Translations under genes and position numbers: made by a program
Shown: positions 53,356 through 64,000 of the stretch, piece after piece
How positions within the stretch are numbered: the stretch's first letter is position 1
Layout of the letters: every line of letters begins with the position of its first letter
Source of the DNA: the human T2T-CHM13v2.0 reference genome, Homo sapiens
Direction: 5' to 3' (one strand)
Length of the DNA stretch: 64,000 bases
Assembly (NCBI RefSeq): GCF_009914755.1
Contig: NC_060945.1
Notes under the pieces: model-generated
Seen by the model: only the letters and a program-made list of their open reading frames with translations
What the model was told of the DNA's origin: nothing
The model's database searches: none

Positions 53356-54620
53356 GTTTGCTTTTTTCTAAAAGCTCCTAACACATGAGATTTTAACCTG
53401 TAGATAAAACATGTTTCATGTTTCATTTTGATATTGAGCTGATATTTAATGTTTACTTTCAATGTTTTGAGTGTAAACTCTTAAGTACAATATACTACTT
53501 CTTTATTTTCAGCAAATCAACTATTACAATTATTCGTTGAATTTAAAAAATCATGTTTTCTATGTATCTTGTAGTTTTAAATACTTTATAAATCATGGGC
53601 TTTCCTGATAATTTGTTAAAAACTCTTAATCTTTTTCTCATCGGTTAAGAGAAATGAACATAGATACAATATTTAGTGTGCATTGTCATGATATTCACAC
53701 ACATACTGCAATTCATTAATTGAAAGTCTTTGGAAATGAAGGTAAGGAAAGAACTTAAGTTCCTAAACCAAAACATCTTCAACTTAACTCTAGGTAAATA
53801 GTATTAACTAAATTATTTCTTTATTACCACTTTATTATTTCAACGATACAGGTAACAGTATTAAATAGTATTCAACAATTCTTAATTTATTCTGAATGTA
53901 CACCATAACAGGTATCATTATGTAGTGTTTCCTATATTCTGATAGCTATTGAATTATTATTTTATTATACATTCTTGTAAGTATACGTGTAGACATGAAA
54001 ATAAACATGCACGACCTATATGACATGCTATGTTCAGTGATGACAGCTGTCTTCCCATTTTTTTGATGTGTTAAATGCAAGAGGTTTATTTCTTTTTAAA
54101 AAGTTGTTGTGGGTACATAGTAGACATATATACTTATGGAGTTCATGAGATATTTTGATACAGGAATGGAATTCATAATAATCACGTTATGAAAGATGGG
54201 TTATCCATCTTGTCAATATCTATTCTTTGTGTTACACACAATTCAGTTATACTGTTTTAGTTATTTTGAAATGTACAATTAAATTTTTACTGACTATAGG
54301 CACCCTATTGTGCTATCAAACACTAGGCCATATTCATTCATTTGGACTATTTTTTGTACCTGTTACTAAGCCTTTTTCCAACTCCCCACTACCTTTCTCA
54401 GCCTCTGGTAGCCATCCTTCTACTCTCTATCTGCATGTGTTCAGTTGTTTGGATTTTTAGATCCCATAAATACATAAGAACATATGACGTTTGTCTTTTT
54501 GTGCCAGGCTTATATTACTTAACATAATGACCTACAATTCCTTCTATGGTGTTGGAAATGACAAGGCCTCATTCTTTTATATGACTGAATAGCACATCAT
54601 GTCTATACATACCACAGTTT

Positions 54621-54940
54621 CTTTTTCTATTTTTTTTTGTTTGTTTGTTTGTTTTGCTGAGATGGAGTCTTGCTCTGTTCCACTAGCTGGAGTGCAATGG
54701 CACAATCTTTGCTCACTGCGGACTCCGTCTCTGGGTTCAAGCAATTATCCCTGCCTCAGCCTCCTGAGTAGCTGGGATTACAGGTGCCCACCACCACGCC
54801 TGGCTAATTTTTGTATTTTTTAGTAGAAACAGGGTTTTGCCATGTTAGCCAGGCTGGTCTTGAACTCCTGTCCTCAGGTGATCCACCTTCATTGGCCTCC
54901 CAAATGCTGGGATTATAGGTGTGAGCCACTGTGCCCGCCC
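54621..54940 (-). mobile_element. AluSx/Sz inside L1MA
   Basis: Dimeric Alu; TSD acataccacagttt / atgtaccacagttt (difference consistent with CpG decay). Confidence 0.92.
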
Positions 54941-55086
54941 ATGTACCACAGTTTTTTTTTTTTTTCCCTTCATCTGTTGATGGACACTGAGGCAGCTTCC
55001 AAGATTTGGCTTTTGTAAACAAAGCTGCAACAAGCATGGGGTTGGACATATCTCTTGCATATGTTGGTCTCCTTTCTTTTGGGTAT

Positions 55087-57293
55087 TGTATTCAATTGGG
55101 TACTGACTTACAGTCCCATGTGGCTGGGGAGGCCTCACAATCATGGTGGAAGGCAAGGAGGAGCAAGTCACGTCTTACATGAATGGTGGCAGGCAAAGAG
55201 AGAGAGCTTGTTCAGAGGAACTCCTTTGTATAAAACCATCAGATCTTGTGAGACTTATTCAGAATGCTGAGACCCACACAAGAAAGACTCACCCCTGTGA
55301 TTCAATTACCTCCGACTGAGTCCCACCCATGACGTGGGAATTGTGGGAGTTACAATTCATCAAGAGATTTGGGTGGGGGCATAGCCAAACCATATCATTC
55401 TGCTCCTCATCTCTCTCAAATCTCATGTCCCCACATTTCAAAACCAATCATGCCTTCCCAACAGTCTGGCAAAGTCTTCACTCACTTCAGCATTAACCCA
55501 AAAGTCCACAGTCCAAAGTCTTATCTGAGACAAGGCATGTCCCTTCCACATATGAGCCTGTGAAATCAAAAGCAAGCTAGTTACTTCCTAGATACAATTG
55601 GGGTACAGGTATTGGGTAAATACAGCGATTCCAAATGCGAGAAATTGGCCAAAACAAAAGGGCTACAGGGTCCATGCAACTCCAAAATCCAGCTGGGTAG
55701 TCAAATCTTAAAGGTCCAAAATAATCTCCTTTGACTCCATGTCTCACATCAAGGTCATGCTGATGCAAGAGGTGGGTTCCTATAGTATTGGGCAGCACTG
55801 ACTCTGTGACTTTTCAGGGTACAGCTTCCCACCTGGGTGTTTTCATGGGCTGGTATTGAGTGTCTGTGGCTTTTCCAGGCACACAGTGCAAGCTGTCAGT
55901 GGATCTATCATTCTGGGGTCTGGAGGACAGTGGCCTTCTCTCACAGCTCCACTAGGCAGTGCCCCAGTGGGGACTCTATGTGGGAGCTTCAACCCTGCAT
56001 TTCCCTTCCACACTGCCCTAGAAGAGGTTCTCCATGAAGGACTCACCCCTGCAGCAAACTTCTTCCTGGGCATCCAGGCATTTCCATATATCCTCTGAAA
56101 TCTAAGTGGGGGTTCCCAAACATCAATTCTTGACTTCTGTACACCTGCAGGTTCAACACCATGTGGAAGCTGCCAAGACTTGAGGCTTGCACCCTCTGAA
56201 GCCACGGCCTGAGCTTTACTTTGGCCCCGTTTAGTCACGGCTGGAGTGGCTGGGACTCATGCCACCAAGTTCCTAGGCTGCACACAGCACTGGGACACTG
56301 GGCCAGCCCAGAAAACCATATTTTTGTCCTAGGCCTCTGGACCTGTGATGAGAAGGGCTGCAGTAAAGACCTCTCTGACATGCCCTGGAGACATTTTCCC
56401 CATTGTCTTGGGGATTGTCATTGCAGCCAGCTTAAATTTCTCCTTAGAAAATGGGATTTTCTTTTCTATCGCATTGTCCAGCTGCAAATTTTCTGAACTG
56501 TTATGCTCTGCTTCCCTTATAAAACTGAATGCTTTAACAGCACTGAAGTCACCTCTTGAAAGCTTTGCTGCTTAGAAATTTCTTCTGCCAGATATCCTAA
56601 ATCATTCTCTCAAGTTCAAAGTTTCACAAATCTCTGGGGCAGGGGCAAAATGCTGCCAGACTCTTTGCTAAAACATAACAAGAGTCACCTTTGATACAGT
56701 TCCTAACAAGTTTTTCATCTCTATCTGAGACCACCACAGATTTAATCTTATTGTTCATATCATGATCAACATTTTTGTCAAAGCCATTCAACAAGTCTCT
56801 AGGAAGTTCCAAACTTTCCCACGTTTTCCGGTCTTCTTCTGTGTCCTCCAAACTGTTCCAATCTCTGCCTGTTACCCAGTTCCAAAGTCACTTACACATT
56901 TTGGGTGCCCCACTCTACTGGTACCAATTTACTGTATTAGTCAGTTTTCATGCTGCTGATAAAGACATACCAGAGACTGGGAAGAAAAAAAGGTTTAATG
57001 GACTTACAGTTCCACGTGGCTGGGGAGACCTCACAATCAGGTGGAAGGCAAGGAGGAGCAAGTCACGTCTTACATGGATGGCGGCAGGCAAAGAGAGAGA
57101 ACTTGTGCAGGGGAACTCCTCTTTACAAAACCATCAGATCTCATGAGACTTATTCACTATCACAAGAACAGCATGAGAAAGACCTTCCCCCATCATTCAA
57201 TTACCTCCATCTGGGTCCCTCCCAGACATGTGGAAATTGTGGGAGTTACAATTCAAGATGAGATTTGGGTGGGGACATAGCCAAACTATATCA
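55087..57293 (-). mobile_element. Complete THE1 (B/C-like) provirus inside L1MA (LTRs 55087-55397 and 56933-57293)
   Basis: Two LTRs plus THE1-int; 5-bp TSD ggtat at 55082-55086 and 57294-57298; left LTR has a deletion near its end. Confidence 0.93.
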
Positions 57294-58103
57294 GGTATAT
57301 AATCAGCAGGGGATTGCTGGATCATATGGTAGTGGAACCTCCAAACATTTCTCCATAGTGATTGCACTAACTTGCATTCCTACCAACAATGTACAAGAGG
57401 GTTCTCTTTTATCCACATCCTTGCCAGCATTAGTTATTGCCTTTTTGATAAAAGCCACTTCAACTGAGATGATATCTCATTGTATTTTTTTATTTGAATT
57501 TCTCTGATGATCAATGATGTTAAGCACTTTTTCATATGTCCATTTACCAATTGGAAGTCTTCTCTTGAGAAATGTCCATGCAAATCTTTTGTCCATCTTT
57601 TGAGCAGATTATTAGACTTTTTCCTACAGAGTTGTTTGAATTCCTTATATATTCTGGTTATTAATACCTTGTCAGATGGTAGTTTGCAAATATTTTCCCT
57701 CTTCTGTGGGTTGTCTCATCACGTCGTGGATTGTTTCTCTGCTGTGCAGAAACTTTTTAACTTGATATGACCCCATTTGTCCATATATGCTTTGGTTGCC
57801 TGTGCTTGTGGGGTGTTTACTCAAGAAATATTCGTGCAGACCAATATACTTGATAATTTTTCCAATGTTTTCTTGTCATAGTTTCATAGTTTGAGGGCTT
57901 AGATTCAATTCTCTAATACATTTTTATTTAATTTTTATAGATGGTGAGATATAGAGGTCTAGTTTCACTCTTCTGCATATGAATTTCCCAGTTTTCCTCT
58001 TTTATTGAAGAGACTGTCTTTTCCCCAGTGTATGTTCTTGGCACCTTCATTGAAAATGAGTTCACTGTATGTGGGTCAATTTGTTTCTGGGTTCTCTATT
58101 CTG

Positions 58104-58107
<4 letters not shown>

Positions 58108-58138
<31 letters not shown>

Positions 58139-58152
58139 TGTGTGTGTGTGTG
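58108..58152 (+). repeat. (GT)n microsatellite with one interruption
   Basis: Direct observation. Confidence 0.95.
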
Positions 58153-59432
58153 TTTTATGCCAGTACCATCCTGTTTTGTTACTGTAACTCTGTAATATAA
58201 TTTGAAGTGAGGTTATATGATTTGTCCAGTTTTGTTCTTTTTGCTTAGGATAGTTTTGGCTATTGTGGATCTTTTGTGGTTTCATAACAATTTTAGGTTT
58301 TTTTTTCTATTTTTGTGAAGAATGTCATTGATAATTTTATAGGGATTGCATTGAATCCGTAGATTGTTTTTGGTGGTATAGACATTTTAATAATATTGAT
58401 TATTTCAATCCCTGAACATAAAATACCTTTCCATTTTTTGGTGTCCTCCTCAATTTCTTTCATCAGTGTTTTATACTTTTCATTACAGAGATCATTCTTT
58501 TCTTTGTTGAAATTAATTCCTAGATATTTATTTTATGTGTGGCTATTGTAAATGGGATTATATTTTATTTCGTTTTTACATTGTTCACTGTTGGTATATA
58601 GAAATGCTTCTGATTTTTGTATGTTGATTTTGTATCTTACAACTTTACTGAACCTGTTTACAAGTTTTAATAGCTTTTTAGTGGACTCTTTGGTTTGCCC
58701 AAACATAAGATCGTATTAATTGCAAACAAGGATAATTTGAATTCTTTCATTTTAATTTGGATGCTCTTTATTTCTTTCTCATGTCTGATTTCTCTAGCTA
58801 GGACTTCCAGTACTATGTTGAATAACAGTGGTGAAAATGGGCATTCTTGTCAGATTTTAGAGGAAAGGCTTTTATGTTTTTCCTCATTCAGTATGATACT
58901 ATTCTGTATGACAGCTGAGGGTCTCATATATATGGCTTTAATTATGATGAGGTATGTTTCTTCTATACTCAGTTTTTTGAGGGTTTTGATAATGAAGAGA
59001 TGTTGAATTTTATCAATGCTTTTTCAACATCAGCTGAAACGATCATGTGGGGTTTTTTCCTTCATTCTGTTGATATGATGTATCACATTGATTGATTTGT
59101 GTATTTTGAACCATCCTTGCATGCTAGTGATAAATTCCACTTGGTCGTGATGAATGATTTTTTAATTTATTGTTGAATTTGGTTTGCTTATATTTTGTTA
59201 AGGAATTTTGGATCTCTATTTATCAGGGATATTTTTGTCTGTAGTTTCCTTTCTTTCTTTTTTTTAAGTATGCCTTTGTCTGGTTTTGGTATCAGGATAA
59301 TATTTGCCTTAAACTGAGTTTGGAAGTATTCCCTTCTCCTATATTTTTTGTAATTGATTGCATAGGCTCTGTATTAGTTCTTCTTTAAAAGTTTGGTAGA
59401 ATTCAGCAGTAAAACCACTGGGTCCTGGGCTC

Positions 59433-59737
59433 TTTTTTTTTTTTTTTTTTTTTGAGATGGACTCTCACTCTGTCATCCAAACTGGAGTACTGTGGCACTG
59501 TCTCAGCTCATGCAGTCTCTGCCTCCCAGGTTCAAACAATTCTCCTGCCTCAGCCTCCTGAGTAGCTGGGATTACAGGGATGCACCCCCAGTGCCTGGCT
59601 AATGTTTTTGTATTTTTAGTAGACATGGAGTTTCACTATGTTGGTCAGGCTGGTCTCGAACTTCTAACCTCAGGTGATCCACCTGCCTTGGCCTCCCAAT
59701 GTGCTGAGGTCACAGGCATGAGCCACCGCACCCAGCC
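59433..59737 (-). mobile_element. AluSx/Sz inside L1MA
   Basis: Poly-T plus dimeric Alu, cctcaggtgatccacc. Confidence 0.92.
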
Positions 59738-60673
59738 CCAGGCTTTTCTTTACTGGGAGATTTTTATTACGACTTTGATCTCATTACTTGTTATTGGTCC
59801 TTTCAGGTTTTGAATTTCTTTCTGGTTCAACTGGTTCAATCTTGATAGGTTATACATGTCTAAGAATGTGTCCATTTCTTCTAGATTTTTCAATTTACTG
59901 GTATATAGTTGCTCATAGTTGCTATTAATGATACTTTCAATGTCTGTGGTATCAGGCATAATGTCTCCTTTTTTATCTTTGATTTTTTTTTTATTTGGAT
60001 AATCTCTTTTCCTTAGCCTGGCTAAAAATTTGTCTATTTTGTTTAACTTCTCAAAAACCACTTTTTTGTTTCATTGATCTTTTGTATTGTTTTCTTCATT
60101 TCAAATTCATTTATTTCTGCTTTGAAATTTATTATTTCTTTTCTTCTACTAATGTTGGGTTTGGTTTGCTCTTGCTTATCTAGTTCTTTTACATGCATCA
60201 TTAAGTTGTTTATTTGAAGTTTTTCTTCTTTTTTGATGTAAGCACTTATAGCTATAAACTTCTTTCTTATTACTTCATTTGCTGTATCCCATAGGATTTG
60301 GTAGGTTGTGTTTCCATTATCATTTATTTCAAGAAATTTTTCAATTTCCTTCTTAATTTATTTACTGACTCACTGGTCATTCAGCAGCATACTGTTTAAT
60401 TTCCATGTATTTGTATAGTTTCCAAAATTCCTCTTGTAATTGATTTCTGCTTTTATTCCATTGTGTTTATAGAAGATGCTTGATATTTTTTCAATCTTTT
60501 TGAATGTTTTAAGGCTTGTTTTTTTGAACTAACATATGGTCTATCCTCGAGAATGATCCATGTAAATGTTTATTAGATTCATTTGGTCTATAATGCAGAT
60601 TAAGTCCAATGTTTCTTTGTTGGTTTTTTGTCTGGAAGATCTGTCCATTGCTGAAAGTGGGGTGTTGAAGTAT

Positions 60674-60958
60674 CTAGCTATTATTGTATTGGGGCCTATC
60701 TCTCTCTTTAACTCTAATAATATATTTTTTTATATATGTGGGTGCTCCAGTGTTTGGTGCATATATACTTAAAATTGTTATATCCTCTTGATAAATTGAA
60801 CACTTTATTATTACATAATATCCTTCTTTGCTCCTTCTTAGAGTTTTTGTCTTGAAATCTATTCTTTTTCTGATAAGACTAGTTACTCTTGCTCTTTTTT
60901 GGTTTCCATTGGCATGGAATATCTTTCTCCATCCCTTTATTTTCAGTATATGTGTGTT
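60674..60958 (-). pseudogene. Dead L1 ORF2 endonuclease-domain remnant
   Basis: Translation LKIKGWRKIFHANGNQKRA...IYQEDITILSIYAPNTGAP matches L1 ORF2p EN; frameshifted. Confidence 0.88.
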
Positions 60959-63109
60959 TCCCTCTTTCTCCGCTCTAAGCCACCTGGAGCTGGGGGTGAA
61001 TTGACACAAGAACCCTGTGGCCACCACCCCTAAGTGTGTACTGGGTCACACCTGAAGTCTGTACAGCACTGGATCTTACCCAAGGTCTGCTGTAACCACT
61101 CCCTTGTACCACCTATGTTCGCTCAAAGCGCTGGGTCTCTAGAATAAGCGTTGTAGCCATCCAGACCTATGTCCTTTCCTTCAGAGCAGTGATTTCTTTC
61201 CCCTGGCCCCTGGGAAGGTCCAGAGGTTCAGTTAGGGAGCCAGATACTAGAGTCAAAGACCTTAGAAATCGTCCTTGGGTTCTATTGTGCTGCGGCTGAA
61301 TTGGCACTCAAACCACAAGACATAGTCCTTCCCACTCTTCCCTCCCCTTTCCACAGGCAGAGGAGTCTCAGTAGGTCACATGCCACCCCAATCCACTATC
61401 TCTAGGCCCAGCTGAGCCCTAGGACATGACTTGCCTGGGTGTGGCAATTCTTGTGGCCTAGACTCCCTTTCAGGTTTATTTGGAGCCACAGACCACTTTA
61501 GCCTGCAGTGGAGAGCCTTACGACAACTCAAACTCTGACCTCTGGGATCAGTCATTCTCCTCTGGCTAGGGCTGGTTTAAATGCACCCTCAGTGGACAGG
61601 CATCAACTGAGTTTAATCTAGTTTTGCTTTCTTCTATAAAGGAGGGCAGCATGGAGTTCAATGGCTCAAAATTGCTGGGTCTCCCTCTCAGGGCACAAAA
61701 TCTCTCTCTAAAGAAAGCTGCTGCTGCTGGTGGGTGGGGAAAGGGTGGTGTCAGTGATTCAAGTCTCCTTTTTCTACTTCTTCAGTGCCTCTTTCAGTGA
61801 TACAAAGTAAAAGCCAAGGATTATGAATGGTCACCTGATTTTTTGGTTCTTATGAAGGTGCTTTTTTGTGTGTAAATAGTTGTTAAATTAGTGTCCTTGC
61901 AGGGGATGATAGGTGGAGCCTTCTATTCTGCCATCTTGCTTCATTCTCAACCTATCCTCCCATTTAAAATTATTATGGTCTTCATTTTTGGAAACAGATG
62001 TGACAGGAATCAACAGATGTTAACGGGAAACAAGGAATTTTCCTGATGAGACAATTTGGTCTTAGAACTGTTTTAGAAACCAAGTAAAGTGCAAAGTTTC
62101 GCTAGGGCCCTCAAATAAAAATGATGTAAACCAACAGATGACAGCTTAATGAGTTTAGGCAGGAGGATGGGGCTATATAGTATCAAGATAGATGATGTTG
62201 AATCTCATGGATAGATTCGGTTACTGACTCTACAGATCAATAATGGCAATCATGATGATGATTTACTGTTAGGGAAACATGTTTTGGTGGTATCTCGGGC
62301 TTGTCTGACAATGCATATTCAAAAGATAGATTGAATGCCCTGGAATGTTAACCTTGTCACTGATGATTTTAGCATTTTCTTGAGATGCACTAAAAAAGAC
62401 TGTTTTTTTTTCCTTTTAAAATTATTGGGCTGAATAATCATATTTAGTTATTTCAATTCTAGCTGAAGAATTTGGTATGTTTCAAAATACTACACTAAAG
62501 TTAAATTGCATTTTGTTCAAAAGGTCTCATATTAATTTTTATTATTTTAAATGAAAACTCACAGTAGCTTGGAAAATAAAGTGGTTTCACCTCTATTTAG
62601 TATACTACAAACAGTAAAAGTGATATTGAAGGATATTCATATAGTAAAATCACAAAATGATATATTGCATTATATTCAGGGAAAGCATCAGGATTGTGCG
62701 AAGTTGGACACCCTTGCATCTTTTAGGAAACAGCCATTGACATCTTTACTGTAAGAAATAATGCACTTTTTTTTGGAGATGGATAAATAGTAATTAATCA
62801 AAATTCAATTTCAAGGCATTTGAAAGTTTCTCCGCCTTTCTCCAACATAACAAACAAAAGGATTTTCATAACTTTACTCCTGCAAGTTGTCAATTTTTTA
62901 ACTATTTTTGTATATTGCTACATTTTGCATATTACTATGTTATATAAAATAATATTGTAAATAATTTAAACAATTTGAATACCAAAGTTCTTTCTATTTG
63001 TCATTAAAATTAATTTTTCCTGTGTCTATTGTTCTACTCACAGAGTGATGCAGAGATGTGACCCAACGGGTCTACCTACCAGGGAGGAGGTGTGGTTTTT
63101 ACTGGAATA

Positions 63110-63240
63110 TTCTGGCAGGCAAAAGTGAGTAGCTTAGTTTGAGGCCTGGAACTTCTCTATACCAGGAAGTCATTTCATTTATCTGTGCCATTGTTTTCTT
63201 ATCAGCAAAATATGAACTGGGCTATCTAATTGACAGTTTT
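63110..63240 (+). mobile_element. MIR fragment
   Basis: aagtcatttcatttatctgtgccattgttttcttatcagcaaaat (MIR core). Confidence 0.55.
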
Positions 63241-63539
63241 TCCATGACAAGCAAGTGAGCTGAGCCAATATGAGTAAGGGAAACAAATGCAAATCTCCAA
63301 TGCCATTTCAGTGATGGATATTAACTTTCAAATGAAATACAAAAATTTACAGCATTTCCTCAATTCAATTTGATATCATTGAAACAGTCTTTATTTTTCA
63401 TAATGAAATACTCAATGATTTATTATAATATAATCCTTAATTGTGTTTCATGTCTTTGAAATGACAACAATTTTACTCTTTCATGACAAAAATGTTTATT
63501 ACTTTATATATTAGCAATATCTAAAACCTCCCCATAATT

Positions 63540-63890
63540 TTCATTTCATCCAACCCACTCTACCACCAGATCAATGTAAGGACCCAGGTTTAGAATGAAT
63601 GTATCTCCTCTTATTCCCTTATTTATGCCATTCCATGACCCACCAAACACACATTTCATTGATTCTACATACCACTTTCTTTTTCAACTCCTCTTCAACA
63701 TTTTGATGGTTTTTCTCTCTTCCTTACTAGATTTAATGGTATAGTTAGTCACGACAGTCATTCTCTTGCTTACATTCTCAAATCTCCTTTGTCTCTTGGT
63801 TTCAAACATTCATTTTGAAACACTTGATTAATTTCACCCCCTGACTATTTCATGCCTGTATTGCATGTAGCTGAATGTGACTGAAAAGTA
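63540..63890 (+). mobile_element. L2 internal fragment
   Basis: Pyrimidine-rich L2-like sequence (cattctcttgcttacattctcaa..gtagctgaatgtgactg). Confidence 0.45.
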
Positions 63891-64000
63891 GTGTGCCAGC
63901 AGGTAATTCTAAGGCATTTGAATTGAACCCCTTTTCTAATCTTCTTTTATTCTCTTTTTAAATATTCCCAAAACACCTATTGCTTTTAACATATTACATC

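Larger units (their letters stand above)
54061..61949 (-). mobile_element. L1MA (MA1-3-like) element, 5' UTR to 3' end, with ORF1 region deleted; carries two Alus and a THE1
   Basis: 3' end near 54085, ORF2 remnants to ~60958, 5' UTR-like 60960-61949 starting gcaagatggcagaatagaa on minus; candidate TSD 54045-54060 / 61950-61965 (13/16). Confidence 0.85.

Noticed and set aside
60950-60975. Spliced-L1 origin of the 5' UTR/ORF2 junction
   Set aside because: Cannot show a GT donor from this sequence; a purine-rich microhomology deletion is simpler

Overview
This is AT-rich, CpG-poor primate (human/great-ape-like) genomic DNA. I can support no protein-coding exon, structural RNA gene, CpG island or CRISPR array. 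A large fraction is interspersed repeat: 10 Alus (AluY/AluS, including an Alu-in-Alu nest), two complete THE1 MaLR proviruses with 5-bp TSDs, many solo MaLR/ERVL/ERV1 LTRs, and L2/MIR and DNA-transposon relics (MER44, MER5, MER33, MADE1). There are also several L1 3' ends and a TSD-bounded, internally deleted L1MA spanning ~7.9 kb. Repeat subfamilies were assigned by eye from remembered consensus sequences and need RepeatMasker/Dfam confirmation. The ORF track is explained by repeats or chance. I find no defensible new biological system. The best second-look items are small DNA structures: three identical HIF-type ATACGTGC motifs clustered with AP-1/FOX/ETS sites in repeat-free DNA (37.9-38.7 kb), an old tandem duplication keeping two perfect NF-kB sites (47.3-47.6 kb), a nested perfect 26-bp palindrome with three C/EBP-type sites (53.2 kb), a 160-bp-period duplication with a GATA palindrome (20.1 kb), a short interstitial telomeric array (40.7 kb), and a twin-primed L1PA with a suspiciously similar inverted partner ~7.6 kb away.
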